A stretch of 64,000 bases of DNA from an uncultured Lachnospiraceae bacterium (lineage in GTDB: Bacteria; Bacillota; Clostridia; Lachnospirales; Lachnospiraceae): contig CAJJYZ010000001.1 in NCBI GenBank assembly GCA_905197485.1, forward strand, positions 27,115-91,114, written 5' to 3'. This document shows, in pieces, positions 1 through 8,294 of the stretch (the stretch's first letter is position 1; each line of letters starts with the position of its first letter). The notes beneath the pieces are model-generated. The model searched no databases, had not been told where the DNA came from, and was given only the letters and a program-made list of their open reading frames with translations. Made by a program: the position numbers and the translations under genes.

Positions 1-704
1 AGGGAACCGAGACGGATTCTCTTCAGCCCTTCAATCTCATGTACGGTGAGAATCAGAGAAAGCAAATCTTCTTTCTCTTCTTGAAAATCCACCCCGTAAG
101 AACTCAGATGAATTCCGGTCAGCACAACTTCCTGATATCCGTTTCTCACCAAGTCTTTTACTTCTTCCACTACGCTGTCTTTGCTTCTGCTTCTTACGCG
201 CCCTCTCGCATATGGAATAATACAATAGGAACAGAACTGATTGCACCCATCCTGCACTTTCAGATATGCTCTCGTATGCTCCGCCGTCTTGCTCAGATGA
301 AGCTCTTCGTACTCCTTCGTATGATTGATATCAATGACATCCTTCGTCACTCCACGCTTCTTCGCTTCGTATTCTTCCAGAATGGTTACGATATCCTGTT
401 TCCTGTTATTCCCGATAACGATGTCAATGCTGTCATCCAGAACGTCTTCCTCGTTCTTCGTCTGCACATAGCATCCTGCGGCAACCACAACCGCATCCGG
501 ATTCATTTTTCTGGCGCGGTGAAGCATCTGACGCGACTTCCGGTCCGCCATATTGGTCACAGTACAAGTGTTGATGATATAGACATCTGCGCCTTCCTTA
601 AACGGTACAATCTCATATCCCGCCTTTTCCAGTAACTCCTGCATCGCCTCTGTCTCATAAGCATTGACTTTGCACCCCAAATTATGTAATGCTGCTTTTT
701 TCAC
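1..704 (-). CDS. mtaB: tRNA (t6A37) methylthiotransferase MtaB/YqeV-type radical-SAM enzyme, N-terminal 235 codons; the gene continues beyond the window start
   Basis: Own translation of the minus strand from GTG at 704 (RBS AGAGGTGG upstream): VKKAALHNLGCKVNAYETEAMQELLEKAGYEIV...VYIINTCTVTN...KVQDGCNQFCSYCIIPYARGRVRSR...VLTGIHLSSYG...GLKRIRLGSL. No stop down to position 1, so it is absent from the ORF track. Strong similarity to B. subtilis YqeV/MtaB motifs. Confidence 0.8.
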   Translation of the reverse strand, partial: MKKAALHNLGCKVNAYETEAMQELLEKAGYEIVPFKEGADVYIINTCTVTNMADRKSRQMLHRARKMNPDAVVVAAGCYVQTKNEEDVLDDSIDIVIGNNRKQDIVTILEEYEAKKRGVTKDVIDINHTKEYEELHLSKTAEHTRAYLKVQDGCNQFCSYCIIPYARGRVRSRSKDSVVEEVKDLVRNGYQEVVLTGIHLSSYGVDFQEEKEDLLSLILTVHEIEGLKRIRLGS

Positions 705-771
705 GTTTCCACCTCTTTTGCCTTTCTTTTGTCATTCTTTCAATTTCTATCTATCTTCGCCCGTTTGTTTC

Positions 772-800
772 TTGACATTTCTTACCATAGAATTTAATAT
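772..800 (+). promoter_or_regulatory. sigma-A-type promoter (TTGACA, 17-bp spacer, TAATAT) in front of the HPr-like gene
   Basis: TTGACA at 772-777, TAATAT at 795-800, RBS AAGGAGG at 821-827. Confidence 0.5.
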
Positions 801-834
801 AGTATTGAGAATCAAATATAAAGGAGGTATTCCA

Positions 835-1068
835 ATGAAAACAGTAGAAATTTCTTTAAATTCGATTGATAAAGTAAAATCTTTCGTAAATGAAATTACT
901 AAATTTGATTATGATTTTGATTTAGTATCTGGTCGTTATGTAATTGACGCTAAATCTATCATGGGTATTTTCAGTTTAGATTTATCAAAACCGATTACTT
1001 TAAACATTCACGCTGAGAATGATGTTGAAGATATTCTTGATGTATTAAAACCATACATTGTAGCTTAG
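835..1068 (+). CDS. HPr-family phosphocarrier-like protein (77 aa). It keeps the Ser46 region KSIMGIFSL but lacks the His15 phosphorylation site (Crh-like).
   Basis: ATG at 835 after AAGGAGG. MKTVEISLNSIDKVKSFVNEI...VIDAKSIMGIFSLDLSKP. Ends TAG TAG. Confidence 0.65.
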   Translation: MKTVEISLNSIDKVKSFVNEITKFDYDFDLVSGRYVIDAKSIMGIFSLDLSKPITLNIHAENDVEDILDVLKPYIVA

Positions 1069-1076
1069 TAGTATAT

Positions 1077-1112
1077 CAAAAATAGATTGCGCGAACGCGC
1101 AATCTATTTTTA
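1077..1112. terminator. bidirectional rho-independent terminator between the HPr-like gene (+) and thiI (-)
   Basis: Perfect hairpin AAAATAGATTGCGCG-AA-CGCGCAATCTATTTT flanked by A- and T-runs. Confidence 0.8.
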
Positions 1113-1115
1113 GTT

Positions 1116-2300
1116 TTAAGGTTTTACAACAATTCTTTCCACCGAATTTACCGCTTCTTCGAATAACTCGTCAATCTTTTCCGCAAGATTTTCCTCAGAG
1201 CGTCTGATAATATTGATATTCGGTTTTGTTACCGGATGTTTTGCAACGAAAATCGTACAGCAATCTTCAAACGGAAGAATCGATGTCTCATATGTGTTGA
1301 TTTTCTCTGCAATCTCCACGATTTCCTGCTTATCGAATCCGATGACCGGACGATAAACCGGAAGCGTGCACACATCGTTTGTCGCCGCAAGGCTCTGCAT
1401 CGTCTGGCTTGCCACCTGTCCGATACTTTCCCCGGTAATCAATCCAAGACATCCGCTCTCCTTTGCAAAGTGTTCCGCAATCTTCATCATGTAACGGCGC
1501 ATAATGATTGTCAGTTCGTCGTGCGGACACTTGTCATAAATATAGAGCTGAATATCTGTAAAGTTTACGATATTCAATGTGATTGGTCCGGAATACTTGG
1601 ACACCAGTTTTGCAAGGTCGATGACCTTCTGTTTTGCTCTCTCGCTCGTATATGGCGGCGCATGGAAGTATGTCGCTTCCAATCCGACTCCTCGTTTCGC
1701 AATCATATATCCCGCAACCGGACTGTCGATTCCTCCGGACAGAAGCAGCATTGCCTTTCCATTCGTTCCTACCGGCATTCCTCCCGGTCCCGGAATAATC
1801 TCTGAATAGATGTAAATCTCATCCCGCACTTCAATATGAAGCATCACGTCCGGATTGTGTACGTCTACGCGAATCTCCGGAAACGCATTAAGAATCGCCT
1901 CTCCGACTTCACAGTTAATCTCCATGGAAGTCTTCGGATAGTTCTTCCTTCCACGTCTCGCTTCTACTTTGAATGTGATTTCTTTATTCGGATACATATC
2001 CTCCATGTAGCGAACCACAGTCTTCTTTAACTCTTCAAATCCTTCGTCCGGCACATGGACAACCGGACAGATTCCGACAATACCGAACACTCTTTTCAGA
2101 GCTTCTACCGTCTCTTCATAGTCATAATCGCCTTCACACTCCACATACACTCTTCCGGAAGATTTGTGTACTTTGAACGTGCCGTCCACATCCTGAAGCG
2201 CAAACCGCATCTGACGCATCAACGCATCTTCAAACAAATATCGGTTCTTTCCTTTGATTCCGATTTCTCCGTATTTTATCAAAAATGATTGGAACTTCAT
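1116..2300 (-). CDS. thiI: tRNA 4-thiouridine(8) synthase ThiI
   Basis: 394 aa; N-terminal THUMP-like region and PP-loop SGGIDSPVAGYMIAKRG. Confidence 0.9.
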   Translation of the reverse strand: MKFQSFLIKYGEIGIKGKNRYLFEDALMRQMRFALQDVDGTFKVHKSSGRVYVECEGDYDYEETVEALKRVFGIVGICPVVHVPDEGFEELKKTVVRYMEDMYPNKEITFKVEARRGRKNYPKTSMEINCEVGEAILNAFPEIRVDVHNPDVMLHIEVRDEIYIYSEIIPGPGGMPVGTNGKAMLLLSGGIDSPVAGYMIAKRGVGLEATYFHAPPYTSERAKQKVIDLAKLVSKYSGPITLNIVNFTDIQLYIYDKCPHDELTIIMRRYMMKIAEHFAKESGCLGLITGESIGQVASQTMQSLAATNDVCTLPVYRPVIGFDKQEIVEIAEKINTYETSILPFEDCCTIFVAKHPVTKPNINIIRRSEENLAEKIDELFEEAVNSVERIVVKP

Positions 2301-2336
2301 CTTTTTCTTTCCTTTCGTATTCTTCTTATCTGAAAT

Positions 2337-3491
2337 TTAATGTCTTGTATATCTTCGAAGCATTGGGACACAATTATACAATACACCAAGCGTATAGTCA
2401 ATTTCTTCTTTCGTCGTAAATTCTGACAGGCTGAAACGCAATGTCGAATCCAGGTATTCTTTTCCCGTACCGATTCCGCGGAGCACTCCGCTGATTGCCG
2501 GATGATTCGACGCACAGGCAGAACCGGAGGAAACATAGATTCCTCTCTCCTCCAATGTGTGGAGCAGAACTTCGCTTCTGATTCCCGCAATTCCAACGCT
2601 GATAATGTGCGGAGCGCTTCTCTCATCGCAAAGTCCATGTACTTTCGTATGCTCGATTCTTGTAACGCCTTCGATAAATCTCTGCTTTAATTCCCGCATA
2701 TACGCCGTCTTCTCGTCCAGATTCCGATAGATTTCCTGCGCCGCAACTCCAAGCCCTGCGATTCCCGGCACATTTTCCGTACCGGAGCGGATATTTTTCT
2801 GCTGCTCTCCTCCGAAAATAATCGGATGAATCTTTACTTTTTCGTTGATATAGAGCGCTCCGATTCCCTTCGGTCCATGAATTTTATGCCCGCTGATTGA
2901 CAAAAGGTCAATCCCTGCCCGTTTCGGATAAATGCGGTATTTCCCGAATCCCTGCACCGCATCTACATGGAATAAAATACTGCGCTTATAGTTTTTCACC
3001 ATTTGCACCGCTTCCTCAATCGGCTGTACCGAACCGATTTCGTTATTGACATACATGATGGATACGAGAATGGTGTCTTCGCACAACGCTTCCTTCAAAT
3101 CCTGCAGACGGATTCTTCCTGTCTCATCCACCGGAAGATACGTCACGCGGAATCCTTCCTGCTCCAAATACTGCATCGTATTCAGAATGGCCGGGTGCTC
3201 AATCGATGTTGTAATCAGATGATTTCCCGCTCTCCGATTCGCTCTCGCACATCCGATGAGCGCAAGGTTATCGCTTTCCGTTCCGCCGGATGTGAAGAAA
3301 ATCTCCTTTTCCTGCACCTTCAAGAGTTTGGCAAGAGTCTCTTTCGTCTGGCGAACATACCGCTCTGCTTCCACTCCTTTTCTGTGCATTGAGGATGGAT
3401 TCCCATAGTCCTCGCACATCACTCTGTATACCGTATCCCCTACGATATCATAGCATCTTGTAGTCGCAGAATTATCCAAATATACTTCCAT
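2337..3491 (-). CDS. cysteine desulfurase, NifS/IscS family (partner of ThiI)
   Basis: 384 aa; MEVYLDNSATT..., PLP-lysine region SISGHKIHGPKGIGALY; sits directly upstream of thiI. Confidence 0.85.
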   Translation of the reverse strand: MEVYLDNSATTRCYDIVGDTVYRVMCEDYGNPSSMHRKGVEAERYVRQTKETLAKLLKVQEKEIFFTSGGTESDNLALIGCARANRRAGNHLITTSIEHPAILNTMQYLEQEGFRVTYLPVDETGRIRLQDLKEALCEDTILVSIMYVNNEIGSVQPIEEAVQMVKNYKRSILFHVDAVQGFGKYRIYPKRAGIDLLSISGHKIHGPKGIGALYINEKVKIHPIIFGGEQQKNIRSGTENVPGIAGLGVAAQEIYRNLDEKTAYMRELKQRFIEGVTRIEHTKVHGLCDERSAPHIISVGIAGIRSEVLLHTLEERGIYVSSGSACASNHPAISGVLRGIGTGKEYLDSTLRFSLSEFTTKEEIDYTLGVLYNCVPMLRRYTRH

Positions 3492-3534
3492 TTGTTATTC
3501 TCCTATCTCCTAATCTTATTATCAGATTATGTGT

Positions 3535-4272
3535 CTAGCGTTCCAGGTGATACATCAAAACAGAAAGGACTGCAATACCTGCCGTCTCTGTTCTTAAGAT
3601 TCTTCTTCCTAATGTAACCGGCTTCACACCTTTTTCCACCGCCTGTTCAATCTCTTCCTGTTCAAATCCGCCTTCCGGTCCGATAAAAATTCCGACTGAC
3701 TGCCCCGGCTCAATCTGTTCCATGACTTGTCTCGTCTCGTCCATCCCCTCGGCAAGCTCATACGGAATCATTCGCACGTCCAGCTTCTGTGCAAAGGAAA
3801 GCGCTTCCTGGTAAGTCATCACCTGAGATACTTTTGGAATGACAGCTCTTCCGGACTGCTTCGCGCCGCTCTCCGAGATACTGTTCCATCGTTCCACTTT
3901 CTTTGCTGCCTTTTTCGCATCCAGCTTCACAACTGAACGCTTTGTCGCAACCGGGATAATCTCCCATGCTCCGAGTTCCACTGCTTTTTGCACGATTAGT
4001 TCCATCTTATCACTTTTCGGAAGCCCTTGAAAGAGATAAATTTTGGACGGAAGCTCTGTGTCTGCCGGAAGTTCTTCCAAAATCTCCGCACACACTTCCT
4101 CTTCTCCTAATCGTTCGATGCTGCAAATATACTTCTTATTGTCCCCATCACTCACCTGAAATTTCTCTCCTGTTTTCATGCGGAGTACGTTCTTCATATG
4201 GTTGACATCTGAACCTTCTATATAAATCTGATTCCCCTTCACCTGATTCGGTGTCACAAAAAAGTGATGCAT
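3535..4272 (-). CDS. rsmE: 16S rRNA (uracil1498-N3)-methyltransferase RsmE
   Basis: 245 aa; MHHFFVTPNQV... PUA-like N-terminus and SPOUT C-terminus; conserved position next to prmA. Confidence 0.8.
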   Translation of the reverse strand: MHHFFVTPNQVKGNQIYIEGSDVNHMKNVLRMKTGEKFQVSDGDNKKYICSIERLGEEEVCAEILEELPADTELPSKIYLFQGLPKSDKMELIVQKAVELGAWEIIPVATKRSVVKLDAKKAAKKVERWNSISESGAKQSGRAVIPKVSQVMTYQEALSFAQKLDVRMIPYELAEGMDETRQVMEQIEPGQSVGIFIGPEGGFEQEEIEQAVEKGVKPVTLGRRILRTETAGIAVLSVLMYHLER

Positions 4273-4281
4273 ATCTGCCTC

Positions 4282-5235
4282 CTAGTTCTTCTGTGCAGTT
4301 ACGGATACCCATTCTCCCTGGTATGTAACCTCAAGTACCGTAAGCCCTGCCTGCTTTACAGCCTCCAAGACAGTCTCTTCTTTATCATCGATGATTCCGC
4401 TTGTAATATAAATTCCGCCTTGCTTTAATTGATTGACAATCACCGGAGTTAACGGGACAAGTACGTCTGCAAGAATATTTGCCACGACGATATCATACTT
4501 CTCATAACCAACCTTGTCCTGCACTTCCTTATCATCAATGATATTTCCAATCATCACTTCATATTTATCCCTGGAAATTCCGTTCTCTTCCATATTCTCG
4601 TAAGTTGCGTCAATCGCACAAGGGTCTAAATCGGTTCCCACCGAATATTTTGCACCGAACTTCAACGCCAGCATTCCGAGAATTCCACTTCCGCAGCCTA
4701 CGTCCAGAATCGTACTGTCTTCTTTCACAAACTTGCGAAGCTGACGGATGCAAAGCTGTGTTGTCTCATGCATTCCTGTTCCAAAAGCAGTGCCCGGGTC
4801 AATATGAATCACCATCTTATCCTCATCTTCCGGCTTGACGTCTTCCCAGGATGGGATAATCAAAATATCGTCTACATAGAACTGATGGAAGTATTTTTTC
4901 CAGTTATTAATCCAGTCTATATCCTCCGTCTGGGATTCCTCGATGCTGCATTCTCCCAAATCCATGAATTCTTTCATCTCGTCCAGCTCTCGTTTTACAT
5001 TGGCAAGAATCCCCTCGATATCCGCGTCATCTTCCAGATAGAAACTTAAGTATGCCACTCCGTCATCTTCCTCCGTCTCCGGCAGAATGTCCACGAACAT
5101 CTGCTCCTTGTCCGCCTCAGTAAGCGGAATTTTATCTTCGATTTCCACACCTTCTACTCCCAGGTCTGCAAGCATGCTGCTTACGATATCTTCCGCTTCC
5201 GTCTTCGTTTTTAATCTGAATCTATTCCATTTCAT
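4282..5235 (-). CDS. prmA: ribosomal protein L11 methyltransferase PrmA
   Basis: 317 aa; SAM motif LDVGCGSGILGMLALKFGA. Confidence 0.85.
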   Translation of the reverse strand: MKWNRFRLKTKTEAEDIVSSMLADLGVEGVEIEDKIPLTEADKEQMFVDILPETEEDDGVAYLSFYLEDDADIEGILANVKRELDEMKEFMDLGECSIEESQTEDIDWINNWKKYFHQFYVDDILIIPSWEDVKPEDEDKMVIHIDPGTAFGTGMHETTQLCIRQLRKFVKEDSTILDVGCGSGILGMLALKFGAKYSVGTDLDPCAIDATYENMEENGISRDKYEVMIGNIIDDKEVQDKVGYEKYDIVVANILADVLVPLTPVIVNQLKQGGIYITSGIIDDKEETVLEAVKQAGLTVLEVTYQGEWVSVTAQKN

Positions 5236-5250
5236 GTTCTCACCTTCCTG

Positions 5251-5826
5251 TTATCCTAATATTCCAAGATGCTCCAGAAGTATCTTGAGTCCCATCAGAA
5301 TCAAAATCACACCTCCGGCAAACTCCGCTTTTGTCTTATATTTTGCTCCAAAAATATTCCCGATTTTTACACCTGCCATTGAAATGAGGAATGTCGTCAC
5401 CCCAATGAAAGAAACCGCAGGAACAATCTGTACTTGTAAAAATGCGAATGTCACACCGACTGCAAGGGCATCGATACTCGTCGCCACCGCAAGTCCGAGC
5501 ATTTCTTTCACCGCCAGCTCGTCTCCATCCGCTTTGCACACTTCTTCCTCGTCATCTGTCAGTGCTTCCTTCACCATGTTCGCTCCGATAAGCGCGAGTA
5601 ACACGAAGGCAATCCAGTGGTCAATGGAGGTAATCATGTCCTTAAACTGTACGCCGAGAAAATATCCGATGAGTGGCATTCCTCCCTGGAAAATTCCAAA
5701 GTATAAGCCCACGATTGCACCTTTTCTCCAGGTGCATTTTTTCATACAGAGTCCTTTGCAAATGGCAACCGCAAACGCGTCCATCGATAATCCGACCGCA
5801 ATCAAAAATAGTTCTAGCAATCCCAT
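5251..5826 (-). CDS. mntP: manganese efflux pump MntP
   Basis: 191 aa; [22 protein letters not shown]; 6 TM. Confidence 0.8.
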   Translation of the reverse strand: MGLLELFLIAVGLSMDAFAVAICKGLCMKKCTWRKGAIVGLYFGIFQGGMPLIGYFLGVQFKDMITSIDHWIAFVLLALIGANMVKEALTDDEEEVCKADGDELAVKEMLGLAVATSIDALAVGVTFAFLQVQIVPAVSFIGVTTFLISMAGVKIGNIFGAKYKTKAEFAGGVILILMGLKILLEHLGILG

Positions 5827-5839
5827 TTTCGGTTCTCCT

Positions 5840-7117
5840 CTAGTTTCCTACCATGATGCGGATAATCTCTTCGTTCGTCTCTTTCATTCCTTCTTTTCCA
5901 AGACGTCCGACATTTTGAATCGTTGCCTCGATTCCTTTCGTCACGATTCCTTCTCCGTCATAGAACTGCTGTCCTTGTTTGTACATATTGTATCCGAGAA
6001 TCCCCGCATCCACTGCCGACGCAATCTTTGCCGCGCAGGAAGCCTTAGCTCCGTCGCATACGATTCCGGACACGATTGCCAAGGCGTTCACAATCGTATG
6101 CGCAATCTCCTCGAATGTTCCGCCGAGAAGATACGCGATTCCCGCTCCTGCTCCCGCTCCTGCGCTGACCGCGCCGCAGAACGCAGACAAACGTCCAATT
6201 CCCGTTTTCTGATGTATCGTAACCAGATTGGAAAGCGTTAGTGCACGATACAGTTCGACGTCGCTTGCATGAAGCTCTTTTGCATACTCGATAACCGGAA
6301 GTGACGCCGTCATCCCTTGATTACCGCTTCCGGAATTGATAATAACCGGAAGCTCACATCCGTTCATTCTCGCATCCGAACCTGCTGCCGCTGCAGCTTT
6401 CGCTCTCGTGCGTACATCATCCCCATATGTGGCAAGAAGCACCGAGCCGATATTCGCCCCGTAGTCTCCCCGAAGCCCTTCCTCGGAAATCGCGGTATTA
6501 TACTGAATCTGACGGTCCAACGTCTCTTTCACATCTTCCACCTCTACCGTATTGGCAAAATCAAGAATATCTTCCACATTCAGAAGCGAACGGTCTGTCA
6601 GCCCTTCCTCTTTCTCTCCTTGAACTTCAACCTGATGTAAAATCTGTCCGTCTTTCTCAATCAGTACGATATTCGTATGGTAATTCGCAATCCGTACCTT
6701 CGCATAAGAGTCTCCATGATATACGGTTACGATGATTTCAAATGTAATCCCATTGTCCACATGCTCGACTGTAATCGGAGTCTTCTCCAAATACTCTTTC
6801 ATCTTCACCGTATCTTCTTTGGAAACCTCTGCGATGACTTCTAATTCCTTCTCTGCCTTTCCCGCAATGATTCCTGCAGTCGCTGCAGCCGGAATTCCTT
6901 TCAGATGATTGGTATTCGGTACGATGACGCTCTTCACATTTTTGATGATACTTCCGCTCGCCTCAATACATACCCTGTCAGGAATGCATCCCAACACTTC
7001 CCTTGCCTTTGCAGACGCATACGCAAGCGCGATTGGTTCTGTACATCCCATAGCCGGAACTAACTCCTCTTTCAAAATCTGTACATATGCCTGATATTTT
7101 TCATCTGTTCTTTTCAT
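5840..7117 (-). CDS. UPF0597 / L-cysteine desulfidase (CyuA/YhaM) family protein, paralog 1
   Basis: 425 aa; [36 protein letters not shown] and C-terminal [16 protein letters not shown] motifs. Confidence 0.75.
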   Translation of the reverse strand: MKRTDEKYQAYVQILKEELVPAMGCTEPIALAYASAKAREVLGCIPDRVCIEASGSIIKNVKSVIVPNTNHLKGIPAAATAGIIAGKAEKELEVIAEVSKEDTVKMKEYLEKTPITVEHVDNGITFEIIVTVYHGDSYAKVRIANYHTNIVLIEKDGQILHQVEVQGEKEEGLTDRSLLNVEDILDFANTVEVEDVKETLDRQIQYNTAISEEGLRGDYGANIGSVLLATYGDDVRTRAKAAAAAGSDARMNGCELPVIINSGSGNQGMTASLPVIEYAKELHASDVELYRALTLSNLVTIHQKTGIGRLSAFCGAVSAGAGAGAGIAYLLGGTFEEIAHTIVNALAIVSGIVCDGAKASCAAKIASAVDAGILGYNMYKQGQQFYDGEGIVTKGIEATIQNVGRLGKEGMKETNEEIIRIMVGN

Positions 7118-7146
7118 TTCTTAAAATCCTCATCTTTCACAAGTTT

Positions 7147-8292
7147 TTAATACAACTCGCTGCATAACAATTTATTATACCATAGAAAACCTTTTTTCGC
7201 TACAATCTGTTCCAATGTTTCCAGATTCTCATCCGAATGTTCCACCTCTCTTGAAAAGCGGTGCGCCACATCCACAAAGTCTAAGAACGATAGCGTTTCT
7301 CCTTGTCTCATCCATACTCCCATTGCCAGTTCCTCGATAAGAAGGGTACTGACAACCGACAAAAGCATTTTCGAATACCCTTTGCCGTCATAGACTCCAC
7401 CGCAAAAATAAGTGAACACAAAATAAACCATCAATTGTTCCGTATATGGCATTTCCCGCAAGACTTCTTCCCGGAATTTTTCTCTCGCCTTACAATAGTC
7501 CTGCTCATCTCTATATAGAATCTCTTTTAGCTCCTTCACATAAACCGGCCATTCTTCCCGCAGCACTTCCAAACTGTCCAACATCTGAAACAGTTCCTGC
7601 ATTTTTCGAAAACGCACCGCCTTCTCTTCTTTCATCGGCTCCAGTTTCTTTTGGAATCGCGCAGGCGTCTCTTTTCTTTCATAGCGCGCACATACATCCT
7701 CCACTTCAAACAGGCGGTTCTTGCGGATTTTGCACTCTCCATCATGGGCAAGTCCCAAGGCAAGCGCTGTCCGGAGAGCTTCCGGTTCCTTTCGATTTTG
7801 TAGAATCCGAATGGCGCTCTCCCGCATGGAAAGCAGCTTATCATATAAGAAATCATCGAAGTTATCTGATTCTGGTTCCTCTTTTTCTGTCTCCTTTGTC
7901 AGAAACCGCACCGGCTCCTCGCATCCTAAAATCAGTTTCCCGGCTTCCATGCAGGATAATGACAAGGAAATCTCCCTCACATTCGGAAATTCTTCGATAT
8001 GACGAGGATAATTCCGACATGTCTTACAAAACATATCCGGTCCCAGCTCCGAATAAATATCGCAAAGATTATTCTCGTCCAAAAAAGCACATCTTCTCTG
8101 ATACTAATGGAACGAACCTTCCTGCCAGTCAATGGAATTGTGGAGACGGTTTCCGAACGCTCCCTTTACCTTCTTATACTTCTTCAGCGTACGCTCGTCA
8201 ATCATAATCTGCCATCCGGCACAGCACGTATCTTCACATTTATCCGCTGTGCAATGAAATTTTCTGTAATAATGTGGTACTATATATTGCAT
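7147..8292 (-). pseudogene. FliB-like (flagellin lysine-N-methylase / YkgJ-type CxxCxxCC cysteine-cluster) gene interrupted by one in-frame TAG (rc of 8104-8106), giving 62- and 311-codon pieces
   Basis: Same frame on both sides of the TAG: ...FHCTADKCEDTCCAGWQIMIDE...IDWQEGSFH*YQRRCAFLDENNLCDIYSELGPDMFCKTCRNYPR...; the cysteine pattern is conserved across the stop. Confidence 0.6.
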
Positions 8293-8294
8293 AG

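Noticed and set aside
1066-1071. Possible amber-codon reassignment (Pyl-like) explaining the in-frame TAG
   Set aside because: TAG is used as a genuine terminator in this window (the HPr-like gene ends TAG TAG; phnW and sigH end with TAG). No pyl genes are visible.
6131-6170. GCTCCC/GCTCCT microsatellite-like repeat
   Set aside because: It encodes the conserved Ala/Gly-rich segment ([12 protein letters not shown]) of the CyuA-like enzyme. It is a coding constraint rather than a slippage element.
5087-6241. Long plus-strand ORFs antisense to real minus-strand genes (5087-6241, 7446-8207, 33093-33896, 38314-39147, 54544-55248, 61407-62006, 39-635)
   Set aside because: Each lies entirely inside a well-supported gene on the opposite strand. 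Their products are low-complexity with no motifs. They are typical shadow ORFs of biased codon usage.
8081-8106. Suspected frameshift in the A6 run inside the FliB-like gene
   Set aside because: Careful codon phasing shows both pieces are in the same frame. The only lesion is an in-frame TAG at 8104-8106 (see the finding).
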